DNA from: an uncultured delta proteobacterium
GTDB lineage: Bacteria; Desulfobacterota; Binatia; UBA9968
NCBI GenBank assembly: GCA_963771465.1
Contig: CAVYTU010000014.1
Location: forward strand, 96,001 to 160,000
Direction: 5' to 3'
Length of the DNA: 64,000 nucleotides
This document shows, in pieces, positions 29,586 to 38,829 of the stretch; the stretch's first letter is position 1; each line of letters starts with the position of its first letter. The notes beneath the pieces are model-generated. The model was not told the DNA's origin. It made no database searches and was given only the letters and a program-made list of their open reading frames with translations. The position numbers were made by a program, and so were the translations under genes.

Positions 29586-30575
29586 ATGCTCGGTAGAAAA
29601 CTTGCGATGATGACTATTTTTATGATCGCCAACATCTTTTCGAGCGCGGCATTTTGCGCCACTACTCAGACATCCCTACGTCTACTCTATCCCAGCTTCG
29701 CCGGCAGCTGGGCGACGGCGTGGATTGCCAAAGAAGCAGGTTATTTCAGCGCTGAAGGTTTAGATGTCGAACTGATCCGCGTCGGCGGCAGCACGCGCAT
29801 GGTTGCCGCCATGCTCGGCGGCAGCGCGCCAATCATTCAGGCTGGTGCCATCGCGGCGCTCACCGCCAACGTCGCCGGCGGCGATGTCGTGATCATCGGG
29901 TCCACGGGCACCGTCTCACCCTTTCGCCTGATCGCGCGCCCCGAGATCAAGCAACCGTCAGACTTGAGAGGCAAGAAAGCCGGCATCACAACTTTCGGCT
30001 CGACCTCGGACCAAGTCGTGCGAATCGCGCTCAAGCAATTCAATCTCGAACCGAGCAAAGATGTCGCGCTGCTCACCTTCGGCGCGCAACCGGAGGCGTT
30101 CGCGGCGTTGATGAGCGGCATGGTCCAAGTCGCCGCGCTGAGCTACCCGCTTTATCCGAAGGCGGTGAAAAGCGGCATGCGTGAGCTGGTCAACTTTGCC
30201 GATCTCGGCGTCGAGGATATCAACGGCACCGTGATTACGACGCGCGCCTTCATCATTCAGCAGCGCGACACGGCCCTCCGTTTCATGCGCGCCTTCACGC
30301 GCGGCATGCAACGCTATCGCACGGATAAGGAATTCAGCAAGAAAATCCTGGGCAAATACGGCAAGATCAACGACGAAGAAACTTTAGAAGGCACCTGGCA
30401 AGACTACGCGCCGACGTTGCAGAAAAGTCCGCGCCCGTCGGTCAAGGCGATTCAGTTTATGATCGAGAACCAGTTTCCCGGAAAAAAACCACTACCGAAA
30501 CCGGAGCAATTCGTCGACTTCTCAATCGTCGAGCAGTTGGAGAAAAGCGGTTTCGTCGACGCGCTCTACAAGTAA
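29586..30575 (+). CDS. ABC substrate-binding protein (NMT1/SsuA-like)
   Basis: Signal peptide, GYFSAEGLDVEL, DLRGKKAG, C-terminal FVDFSIVEQLEKSGF. Confidence 0.88.
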   Translation: MLGRKLAMMTIFMIANIFSSAAFCATTQTSLRLLYPSFAGSWATAWIAKEAGYFSAEGLDVELIRVGGSTRMVAAMLGGSAPIIQAGAIAALTANVAGGDVVIIGSTGTVSPFRLIARPEIKQPSDLRGKKAGITTFGSTSDQVVRIALKQFNLEPSKDVALLTFGAQPEAFAALMSGMVQVAALSYPLYPKAVKSGMRELVNFADLGVEDINGTVITTRAFIIQQRDTALRFMRAFTRGMQRYRTDKEFSKKILGKYGKINDEETLEGTWQDYAPTLQKSPRPSVKAIQFMIENQFPGKKPLPKPEQFVDFSIVEQLEKSGFVDALYK

Positions 30576-30628
30576 TCCCGCAGGGTAGGAGGAAACTCGG
30601 GCCTCGACATTCGGCGATTACTCGATCG

Positions 30629-30940
30629 CTACTTGCCCTGCACCTGCAAGTTATTGACGACGCCTTTGACACCGCCGACGCCGCGGGTGACCTGTTCGGC
30701 GCGAGCACGATCGGCAGCCGATTCGACGACGCCTGATAACTGGACGACAGAGCGATTGGTATCGACCTGAACGCGCGTCAGCGTGGTGCCTTTCTCGGCG
30801 GCAAGCTTCGTTTTGACCGTTGTGGTGATCGTCGTGTCATCGATATTCTCGCCCATGGTTTCACCCGTGATCGCCTGACAGCCGGTGAGCAGCAACATCA
30901 AGGCGATTGCCGGAAATATTTTCTTTATCGACGTTAGCAT
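30629..30940 (-). CDS. BON domain lipoprotein
   Basis: Lipobox LTGC, DDTTITTTVKTKL, VQLSG, GVKGVVNNL. Confidence 0.92.
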   Translation of the reverse strand: MLTSIKKIFPAIALMLLLTGCQAITGETMGENIDDTTITTTVKTKLAAEKGTTLTRVQVDTNRSVVQLSGVVESAADRARAEQVTRGVGGVKGVVNNLQVQGK

Positions 30941-30976
30941 CGTAAAAACCTCCAATCCTTTGATACAAACTGAGCC

Positions 30977-31005
30977 CTTATACTTCCCGAACCGTACCGT
31001 TGCAA
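30977..31005 (-). promoter_or_regulatory. Sigma70-like promoter of the BON gene
   Basis: Minus strand TTGCAA-N17-TATAAG. Confidence 0.55.
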
Positions 31006-31192
31006 GACGAAAAATAGCTTACGCCACATTGCGCGCCAACTAGCGGATATGATCTATCGACTCCTTGAGCTCCGGCGCATCCTCGCGCGGCACGCACTCG
31101 CCGCAAATTAGGTCTCGTATTATTGAGCTAAACATTCAGCATTGAAAGCTACGCTGCTTTGATGCAGCGAATTCATGAATGGCTGCGACACT

Positions 31193-32326
31193 TCACACAT
31201 CTCCCCACACATCCCGCGCCACCTCCACGACTAACTTCATTTTCGCGATCTGATCGTCGACCGTCAATTTGTTGCCCAACACCGTGCTGGAAAAACCGCA
31301 CTGCGGGCTAATGCCCAACTGTTCGAGGGGGACCAACTTCGCCGCCTCATCGATGCGCCGTTTGAGATCGTCGGGATTTTCCAGCGTCCCCGTCTTTGTC
31401 GTCACCAAACCGAGAATCAGCTTCTTATCCTTCGGCATGTAGCGCAGCGGCGCGAAGTTGCCGGCACGCGGCGTGTCAAATTCCAAGAAGTAGCCGTCGA
31501 CTTTCAATTCATTGAACAGCACTTCCGCCACCGGATCGTAGCCGCCTTCAGCAACCCAGGCACTGGCGAAATTGCCGCGGCATAGATGCGTGCATACGGA
31601 CATATTCGCCGGCCGGTCTTTGATGCAATCGTTGATCAGGTTCGCATACAAAGAAGGCAGCTTGTCGGGATCTTCGCCGATCTTTTTTGCGCCTTCACGC
31701 ATCTTGGGGTCGCAGAGATAAGCGAAGTTCACATCGTCGATTTCTAAATACGTGCAGCCGGCGGCGCCAAGCTGAGCGATTTCTTCGCTAAACACCCGTG
31801 CCAAGTCGGTAAAGAATTCTTCCATCTCCGGATAAGCGACCTTATCGACGCCGCCTCGGCCGGTACGGAAGTGAACCAGCGATGGCGAGGGAATGCACTG
31901 CTTCGCCGTCTGCTTGGTCACTGAAGCGAGAAATTTGAAATTCTCAACTTCAATGCCGGCGCGTGGATGCCCTAACTTTCCCGTCACGACGAATTGGGTC
32001 GGCGAACGCTGCACGTCGGAGCCGGGGTTTTGAAAATGTTTGGCCGATTCCGGCAGCAGACCTTCGACAACTTTGATGCCGTCGAACCGACTCAAGAAGT
32101 CGGCGTGCCACAGCGTGCGGCGAAATTCGCCATCGGTAATGCCTTGCATCCCGACGTCTTCCTGCATCTTCACCGCGTCGCGAATGCTGTGATTTTCAAC
32201 ATCGCGCAGTTGCGCGACGGTTATTTCGCCCTTCTGATGTTTCTCTCTAGCCTGGTGCAACTCAGGCGGACGCAACAAACTGCCGACATGATTGGCGCGA
32301 AACGGCGCTTTTTTTTCTTGTGTCAT
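31193..32326 (-). CDS. Cobalamin-independent methionine synthase C-terminal-like protein (single barrel)
   Basis: HVGSLLRP, TDGEFRR, HLCRGN, FLEFD, SPQCGF zinc ligands. Confidence 0.9.
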   Translation of the reverse strand: MTQEKKAPFRANHVGSLLRPPELHQAREKHQKGEITVAQLRDVENHSIRDAVKMQEDVGMQGITDGEFRRTLWHADFLSRFDGIKVVEGLLPESAKHFQNPGSDVQRSPTQFVVTGKLGHPRAGIEVENFKFLASVTKQTAKQCIPSPSLVHFRTGRGGVDKVAYPEMEEFFTDLARVFSEEIAQLGAAGCTYLEIDDVNFAYLCDPKMREGAKKIGEDPDKLPSLYANLINDCIKDRPANMSVCTHLCRGNFASAWVAEGGYDPVAEVLFNELKVDGYFLEFDTPRAGNFAPLRYMPKDKKLILGLVTTKTGTLENPDDLKRRIDEAAKLVPLEQLGISPQCGFSSTVLGNKLTVDDQIAKMKLVVEVARDVWGDV

Positions 32327-32413
32327 AAATTTTTCTCGCTTTCATGCGGGTCTGTGAATTTGCCGCTGATTTAGCGATACCTTGAGTCATTCAGATTCTT
32401 CAAGGAGCGATTC

Positions 32414-33118
32414 ATGCGCACCGAGTTTATCAGAATCGAAACTCCGACGCATCCCCTCGACGGCTACGAGTATCTCGCCTTCAACCGGCGCGGCCACGAT
32501 TCCGTCAGCACCTATGACAGCCGCGAGTGCGTCGGCGGCGCCTATCAGACTGTCGCTGAAGGCGTCGAGGATAACGCGTTGGCCGCGAAATATTTGCATG
32601 ACAAAGGCTTCACGAATCCAATCGTCATCGGCCACTGCAACGGCGGCGTCCTCGCCAGCGAACATGTGGCGAACCATCCCGAGACAAAAGCATTGATCTT
32701 GCTCTCGGCGCACGCCGGCGGGAACCGGATGACGAGTCCAAGCGCAGCGCGCAATTTCTCGCTAGCAGGCGATACGGATACGCTACGAAAAGAAGCCGAG
32801 GGTTTCATCGCCGCGGGCAAGCCGAGACAGCTGATGCTTATCCCCGCTTGGTGGTGGGCGATCTCGGCGCGCACTTACTTGGACCGTCTCAGCAACGCCC
32901 CTGATCTCGTGGCTAATGCCACCAAAATCAAATGTCCCGTCCTGTTCATCCGCGGTGACCAAGAGCCGATAAAAAACTATCCAGCCGAACGCTTCAAAGA
33001 AAACTGCGCCGGCCCCTGCGATGTCGTGATCGTGCCGGACTGCGACCACTTTTATGTCGGTGCGGAAGATCGAGTTTCGAAGATCGTTTCGGAATGGTTA
33101 GAGAATACGGTTGAATAA
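32414..33118 (+). CDS. Alpha/beta hydrolase with Cys nucleophile, apparently shortened at the N-terminus
   Basis: NRRGHD, GHCNGG elbow, PVLFIRGDQE, DHFY. Confidence 0.75.
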   Translation: MRTEFIRIETPTHPLDGYEYLAFNRRGHDSVSTYDSRECVGGAYQTVAEGVEDNALAAKYLHDKGFTNPIVIGHCNGGVLASEHVANHPETKALILLSAHAGGNRMTSPSAARNFSLAGDTDTLRKEAEGFIAAGKPRQLMLIPAWWWAISARTYLDRLSNAPDLVANATKIKCPVLFIRGDQEPIKNYPAERFKENCAGPCDVVIVPDCDHFYVGAEDRVSKIVSEWLENTVE

Positions 33119-33224
33119 CGACGGATAAATTTTTCCGAAGAAAGAATCGTCGATCGCGATGCTCGGAAGTAGTCAGCCCCAGCTAGAAACAAATATACGT
33201 ATGGCCAACAAATTTGTCTTGTAG

Positions 33225-33287
33225 TCGTAACGCAGGGCTAAGCAGCGAGCGCCACAGGCGCGAGTCCGCTTGAGCACCGGGTTCGGC
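33225..33287 (-). mobile_element. Integron attC recombination site, solitary
   Basis: Minus strand GCCGAAC-ccggt-GCTCAAGC...GCTTAGC-cctgc-GTTACGA: R'', 5 nt, L'' with an extra base, central palindrome, L', 5 nt, R'; 63 bp. Confidence 0.8.
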
Positions 33288-33290
33288 GTC

Positions 33291-33482
33291 TCACCATGTG
33301 CCACCAGAAACCTGCACTTCAAACGTTGCTTCGCTAGGCTGAACGAATGTGTTGTTTTGCATGCGGATGTTGGAACCACGGGTGATCCGGATACCTCGGC
33401 CCCGTGAACCAACAAGACCGCGGAAGTAGCGCTCAACGATTTTCTGGAAGGCCTGATGATACGACGGACGCCGAATCCACCA
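33291..33482 (-). pseudogene. 3' remnant of an integron cassette ORF
   Basis: Open frame WWIRRPSYHQAFQKIVERYFRGLVGSRGRGIRITRGSNIRMQNNTFVQPSEATFEVQVSGGTW* ends 3 nt before attC R''; no convincing start. Confidence 0.55.
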
Positions 33483-33520
33483 CTAATCCAAAGGGTTTGA
33501 ACGAATTCGACGCTACTCTT

Positions 33521-34243
33521 TTATTCTTTCAAAGCCTGCCATTCTCTCAGCAATCTGCCAAAGCCAGCCATCGGATATTTCAGACCGAGCTTCGATAGCA
33601 CGTACCAAAACATCGCCGGATTGCTCGCGATGACGGTGGCATTCAGCTCAGACTCTATACGCTCCAGGCACTTGATCGGATCGAGCACCGCACCTTGAAA
33701 ATAGATTGCGTCGATCTTGCCCACTGCGGCGAGATTCTTTTTTGTTAATTCGAAGACTTCGTCCGGCGTCATACGCTTCGGGACAGCCAACTCATCGAAA
33801 GAGTTCGGCGAGATTGCCGTCACTCCCGCCTTGGCGAGATGGGCGACGATCAAGTCGTTCAAACGCGCATCGAACGGCGTGAGCAAGAGCACTCGCGGCG
33901 CCGAATAGACTCGGAGCGCCGCGACGCAAGCATTGAGCGCGGTGGTGAAGGGAATCGAGACGGCCGCTTTCAATTCATCGAACAATCCAGGATTGAGCAC
34001 TTCGGTCGGCGCAGCAGTAAGAATGAGTCCATCCCATTTCCGTTCGGCGATGAACTCTTTTACCCGCCGCAGAATAATTTCCTTCTTGTCCGCGATCTCG
34101 TACAGCGATTTTCCGTAGAGCTGTAATCCCTGGAAGTCGACCTCGACCTCTTTCGGAACGATCGGCAGAAAACTATTGTAGTGCGGCATCGAGCTCGTGC
34201 CACCACTTACGAAGCCAATTTTTGCTTTAACGCCATCAGCCAT
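33521..34243 (-). CDS. Maleate isomerase/Asp-Glu racemase family protein
   Basis: IPFTTA, LLTPF...N, DAIYFQG, IESEL...VIASN pattern; usual catalytic Cys positions not evident. Confidence 0.75.
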   Translation of the reverse strand: MADGVKAKIGFVSGGTSSMPHYNSFLPIVPKEVEVDFQGLQLYGKSLYEIADKKEIILRRVKEFIAERKWDGLILTAAPTEVLNPGLFDELKAAVSIPFTTALNACVAALRVYSAPRVLLLTPFDARLNDLIVAHLAKAGVTAISPNSFDELAVPKRMTPDEVFELTKKNLAAVGKIDAIYFQGAVLDPIKCLERIESELNATVIASNPAMFWYVLSKLGLKYPMAGFGRLLREWQALKE

Positions 34244-34315
34244 TGTACACCTCCGATCGATCCTCCATCCTCAATTTTCCATTCTCGACGAGTATTCTGA
34301 CAGTCCCCGACCCAG

Positions 34316-34783
34316 TTATCTCTTCTTCGCCTTATACCCGTCAATCGCCTTCTTGAGATCTTCGAACTCCTCGCACGTGCCGAAGAATGGACAGGCTTTT
34401 TTCAACGCTGCAAGTTGTTTCTCGGCGTTGTCGGGTTGATTCAAGTCGAGATAAAGCTCGCCGAGATATTCGTGAGCGCCACGGTTGTTGGAGTCGAGCT
34501 TGAGCGCGCGCTGATAGTGCTCCATCGATTTATCGAAGGTGCCGACTTTGCGGTAACTGTAGCCGAGCAAGTTGTGCGCATCAGAGTCGTTGGGCAACTC
34601 CTGCACCGCTTTAGAGAAATGTCCCACCGCCGTTTTGTAATCCTTGGCGTCCATCGCTTTGCGGCCGGCCACGATGTTGGGATTTTCCGGGCGCGACTTT
34701 GGTTCGGGTGCGTCCGCCAGAGCAAACGACTGCGCGATGGCTAACCCCAACACTACAAGCATGATTCGAACGAGATATTTCAT
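34316..34783 (-). CDS. Exported TPR repeat protein
   Basis: Signal peptide; DAHNLLGYSYRK, YQRAL, GAHEYLGELY. Confidence 0.9.
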   Translation of the reverse strand: MKYLVRIMLVVLGLAIAQSFALADAPEPKSRPENPNIVAGRKAMDAKDYKTAVGHFSKAVQELPNDSDAHNLLGYSYRKVGTFDKSMEHYQRALKLDSNNRGAHEYLGELYLDLNQPDNAEKQLAALKKACPFFGTCEEFEDLKKAIDGYKAKKR

Positions 34784-34872
34784 ACAACCTCCATTGACCC
34801 GGTAAGAATGATCGAATCTTACTCATCGGTGCCGGCCGGCGCAATACTCCCCAGTTTCACAATCTCGAAGAT

Positions 34873-35829
34873 TTATTTCTTTCTCAGCTCGGATTTGACC
34901 TCGCGAAGAACCGAGAGATCGAACAAACGATCGAGCGCAATCTCGCCGGTGAAACCCGACTCTTGGCGGATCTTATCGACGATCGATTTCAGCACCGGCT
35001 CTTCGATATCGCCATCGGTATTGATGACCTGCCGAAGAATGCTGTAAGTGTCCACCGCGATCTTCGGCTCCAAGGAAAAATCTCGTTGCAAATACGCGAC
35101 AACGTCAGCCTCGTTCCGAACAATGGCATCCATGCTCCGCAGCGTGCCGCGAATCATTGCTCGTACTTGCTCATGGCGATCCTTGATGTGACCAAGCCGC
35201 GCGACGAGGCCGCCCTGCAAATCGCGCACGTCGTAAGTGTTTGCCAAATCCGGATAGCCGGCGAGCGTCGCCATCGAAGTGTAAGGCGGACTCAAGATCA
35301 CAGCGTCGGTCGCTTTGGCCAGCAGTGCGGAATAACTATTCGCCGTCGTATTGGTCGACACATAGGCGACCTTTTCGTTGCCAAGCCGCTTCATCACCGT
35401 CTGCGCAGCGTAATGCGCCAGCGAACCAATGCCGCTCACCGAAACAGTTTTGATCCGCGCCGGCGTCATACCGGGCTGGCCGATCAGACTGAAACTCAAA
35501 CGCGTCTGGATGAAAGCGACGGTGCGTAGCGGCACGCCTTTCATCGCGGCGCGCACCGACAAACCGCCCGCCGCCGAGTAGTCGAGCTCGCCGGCAGCCA
35601 GCGCGGTCACGCCGAGCGGCGGCCGCATCACGATAATCTCAAGCTCAATCCCCTCGCGCGCATAGAACCCCTGCGCCTTGCCGAAATAAAACGGAATAAA
35701 AGTCAGTGACTTCGCCGGCACCGTTAGCCGCACGCGCTCAAGCGCTTTGCCTTGCTGCGCCAAAGCCGTCGATTGCAAGGCAAGCAGAAGCGGCAGTAGC
35801 GCGACTAGCCATATGAATATTTTTTTCAT
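34873..35829 (-). CDS. ABC substrate-binding protein (NMT1/SsuA-like)
   Basis: Signal peptide, GFYAREGIELE, C-terminal FDLSVLREV. Confidence 0.85.
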   Translation of the reverse strand: MKKIFIWLVALLPLLLALQSTALAQQGKALERVRLTVPAKSLTFIPFYFGKAQGFYAREGIELEIIVMRPPLGVTALAAGELDYSAAGGLSVRAAMKGVPLRTVAFIQTRLSFSLIGQPGMTPARIKTVSVSGIGSLAHYAAQTVMKRLGNEKVAYVSTNTTANSYSALLAKATDAVILSPPYTSMATLAGYPDLANTYDVRDLQGGLVARLGHIKDRHEQVRAMIRGTLRSMDAIVRNEADVVAYLQRDFSLEPKIAVDTYSILRQVINTDGDIEEPVLKSIVDKIRQESGFTGEIALDRLFDLSVLREVKSELRKK

Positions 35830-35863
35830 CAGACTTTTTTGCGACTTTTGCGTTCTCTGCGGC

Positions 35864-37291
35864 TTACTCTGATTTATTTTTACCCGCCAGACTCGCGCCG
35901 AATTTCAGCTTCACTTTTTCTTTCAGCGCCGCGCTTGCGCCCGACACTTTGGGAAACTCATTGATCCACTCGTAAGGCCGGCACGCGTCAATGATGCAGC
36001 GCGACTGAAAGCCGCGCTCGCTCGGCGGGATGATCGGATCGATGGGATTACTCCAGCAGCGTTGCAATATATCGATATCCTTGGCCGGATCAGTGCGCGT
36101 GCACAGCGCCCAGAGCAGTTCGTTGCTGTCCCAGATGTCGATATCGTCGTCGACGACCATCACATAGCGCGTGAGTAATGCCGCCGCGCGGCACTGGGAC
36201 GCGATCAGGGCCGCCTGGCGCGCGTGGCCGGGATAGCGCTGCTTGATCGACAGCGCAACCAACAGTCGGGTTTGATGATAGGCGACGCCGCGCACGTCGG
36301 GCACCCCGGCTTTGTCGAGGTAATTCCAAATGTATGCAGCGCGAATTAAATTATTTTCCGCCCCCGGCGCCGGCTTGAACGGCGGCGCGCCGGTGAGGAT
36401 CGGATCGTTGCGATACATGAGCCGTTTCACTTTGAGCATCGGCTCGGAGCGCAGACCGCCGGCGTAATAACCGGTGAATTCGCCGAAGGGCCCCTCGGGA
36501 ATGTTCGTGCCGGGAATCACTTCGCCTTCGATGACGATCTCCGAATAGGCCGGAATCGGCAATCCGGTGTGTTTGCCGAGAATCACTTCGTAACCTTCCC
36601 CACGCACGCCGCCGGCGTAATCGTATTCCGACTCCCCGGCTGGGATTTCCATCTGGCCGAAAAACCACAGCAGTGGATCGGGACCGAAGCTGATGGCCAC
36701 GGGGAACGGCTGGCCCTTGTCGAAATACTTTTGCCGATGGATGTTGCCGTGGTGGCCCGGCGAAATGTAAAGCGCCAAGGTGTCGCGGTCGTGCACCATG
36801 ACGCGGTAACAACCGACATTAATCCAACCGTCGTCTAAATCGCGCGTGATCGTCGCGTTGAGCGAGCCAATATATCGCCCGCCGTCGCCTTCGTGCCAAT
36901 GGGGCGAGGGCAGCGAGAGCAAGTCGATATCCTTGCCTTCAAAAACATTTTCCAGGACCGGTCCAGACTCGACCACGCGCGGCGGAATCAGCGCGGGCTT
37001 GTCGAGGCGCTTTTTCCACGCCTCGATGAACTGATCGCGCGTGTAGTCGAGCGGCAGATGATTGGTCAAACATTGACGCTTGAGTGTGGGATTGTGGATG
37101 CCCGTGAGTACGCGCCGGCCCGCCGGATAATCTTTGATCTTGTCGAACAATACCGCCGGTGATGGATTGGACTGCGCCGCGACTTCCGCCACCGCGCCGA
37201 TCTCCTGATTCCAATCGGCGCCCTCGACGATCCGTAATTCGCCAAACGAATCGACGCCCGCCAACCAGCCGCGCAAATCTCGGTAGTGCAT
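35864..37291 (-). CDS. UbiD family (prFMN-dependent) decarboxylase
   Basis: DLRGWL, DGGRY, NVGCYR, EGPFGEFTGYY, VVDDDID, WALCTR, IIDAC. Confidence 0.93.
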   Translation of the reverse strand: MHYRDLRGWLAGVDSFGELRIVEGADWNQEIGAVAEVAAQSNPSPAVLFDKIKDYPAGRRVLTGIHNPTLKRQCLTNHLPLDYTRDQFIEAWKKRLDKPALIPPRVVESGPVLENVFEGKDIDLLSLPSPHWHEGDGGRYIGSLNATITRDLDDGWINVGCYRVMVHDRDTLALYISPGHHGNIHRQKYFDKGQPFPVAISFGPDPLLWFFGQMEIPAGESEYDYAGGVRGEGYEVILGKHTGLPIPAYSEIVIEGEVIPGTNIPEGPFGEFTGYYAGGLRSEPMLKVKRLMYRNDPILTGAPPFKPAPGAENNLIRAAYIWNYLDKAGVPDVRGVAYHQTRLLVALSIKQRYPGHARQAALIASQCRAAALLTRYVMVVDDDIDIWDSNELLWALCTRTDPAKDIDILQRCWSNPIDPIIPPSERGFQSRCIIDACRPYEWINEFPKVSGASAALKEKVKLKFGASLAGKNKSE

Positions 37292-37382
37292 CCCTTCGCC
37301 TCCAGTCGCGCCGATCTTAGAACGGAGCACGGACTCGCACAACTACCGTATGATCTGATTTCGCTAGGCGAGAAATTGCGCT

Positions 37383-38654
37383 ATGTTTTTGATCATGAAT
37401 TACTTCCATCCGAACTTTGCGCCCTTTGCGTTCTTTGTGGCCTCCCTCATTCCGATGTCTTTCTCCCTATGCGTTGCAGCCGACTCCAGTCGCGTCATCG
37501 AAACCGGCCCCGCGGAAAAACTCGTCTTGCCGCCGCCTTATGCGACCCGCGGTGTCGCCAATCCGTCTCGCGTTGTTGGTTGGCCCAAAGGGAAAATGCC
37601 GACGGCGCCGGCGGGTTTCGAAGTGAATCTATTCGCCGAAGATCTCGACAATCCGCGCACGATCCACGTCTTGCCGAATGGCGACGTGCTGGTGATGGAA
37701 TCCCGGCGCCGCCAAGGGCCGAGCCGCATCATACTTTTTCGCGACGACAACAAAGACGGCAAACCCGAGCGCCGCGGGGTATTTATCGACAACCTCAACG
37801 GCGCGTTCGGCATGGCTCTGCACGGCAATCGTTTCTATGTCGGCAACACCGACGCCGTAGTCGTCTTTCCTTATCAGAGCGGCGACACCAGGATCACGCG
37901 CCAGGGAGAAAAGATTCTTGATCTCCCCAGCGGCGGACATTACTCACGCACCGTCATCATCGATCCCGACGGCAAGAAACTCTATATCAGCGTCGGCTCA
38001 GCGACCAACGTCGATGAGGAAATGATCGACGCCAAAGATTCGCGCCGCGCCACCGTCTTGCAAGCAAACCTCGACGGCAGCGCCATGCGCGTGTTTGCCA
38101 GCGGTCTAAGAAATGCTGTCGGCTTGGACTGGGAGCCGAAGAGCAAACAATTGTGGGCAGTGGTCAATGAACGCGACATGCTCGGCGACGAATTGGTGCC
38201 GGATTATCTGACGAGCGTAAAGGAAAATGCTTTCTATGGCTGGCCGTATGCTTACTTCGGTCCGAACGAAGACCCGCGCAAAAAAAACCAGCGCCCCGAG
38301 CTCGTTGCCAAAACGATCAAACCCGACTACGCGCTCGGCTCCCACGTCGCGCCGCTGGGATTGGCATTTTACACCGGTAAGTCATTTACGGCTCGCTACC
38401 AGGGCGGCGCATTCGTCGGCATGCACGGTTCATGGAACAGATCGAATCTGGTCGGCTACAAAGTCGCCTTCGTGCCGTTTCAAAACGGCAAACCGAGCGG
38501 CACCATGGAAGATTTCCTGACGGGTTTCCTCTCGAATCCCAAATCCAACGAAGTCTATGGCCGCCCCGTTGGCGTCACCGTAGCAAACGACGGCTCACTG
38601 CTCGTCGCCGACGACGGCGCCAACAAAGTCTGGCGCGTGAGTATAAAGAAATAG
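37383..38654 (+). CDS. Sorbosone/PQQ-dependent sugar dehydrogenase family beta-propeller
   Basis: ASGLRNAVG, VNERDMLGD.LVPDY, FYGWPY, HGSWNR, GRPVGV; true start probably downstream of 37383. Confidence 0.88.
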   Translation: MFLIMNYFHPNFAPFAFFVASLIPMSFSLCVAADSSRVIETGPAEKLVLPPPYATRGVANPSRVVGWPKGKMPTAPAGFEVNLFAEDLDNPRTIHVLPNGDVLVMESRRRQGPSRIILFRDDNKDGKPERRGVFIDNLNGAFGMALHGNRFYVGNTDAVVVFPYQSGDTRITRQGEKILDLPSGGHYSRTVIIDPDGKKLYISVGSATNVDEEMIDAKDSRRATVLQANLDGSAMRVFASGLRNAVGLDWEPKSKQLWAVVNERDMLGDELVPDYLTSVKENAFYGWPYAYFGPNEDPRKKNQRPELVAKTIKPDYALGSHVAPLGLAFYTGKSFTARYQGGAFVGMHGSWNRSNLVGYKVAFVPFQNGKPSGTMEDFLTGFLSNPKSNEVYGRPVGVTVANDGSLLVADDGANKVWRVSIKK

Positions 38655-38829
38655 GAATCGAATTATTGCCGCAAAGAACGCACGGGACACAAAAGAGAAT
38701 CAGCGATTAGGTCACTGCCAATGAGACATTCACTGGCGTGCCAATCGCCCGATCAGAGTTTTGCCAATTTTTCGTTCTTAAGAAACCATTTTGACGGTCG
38801 CTTTCGTATAGTCATTTGATCGCTAAACA

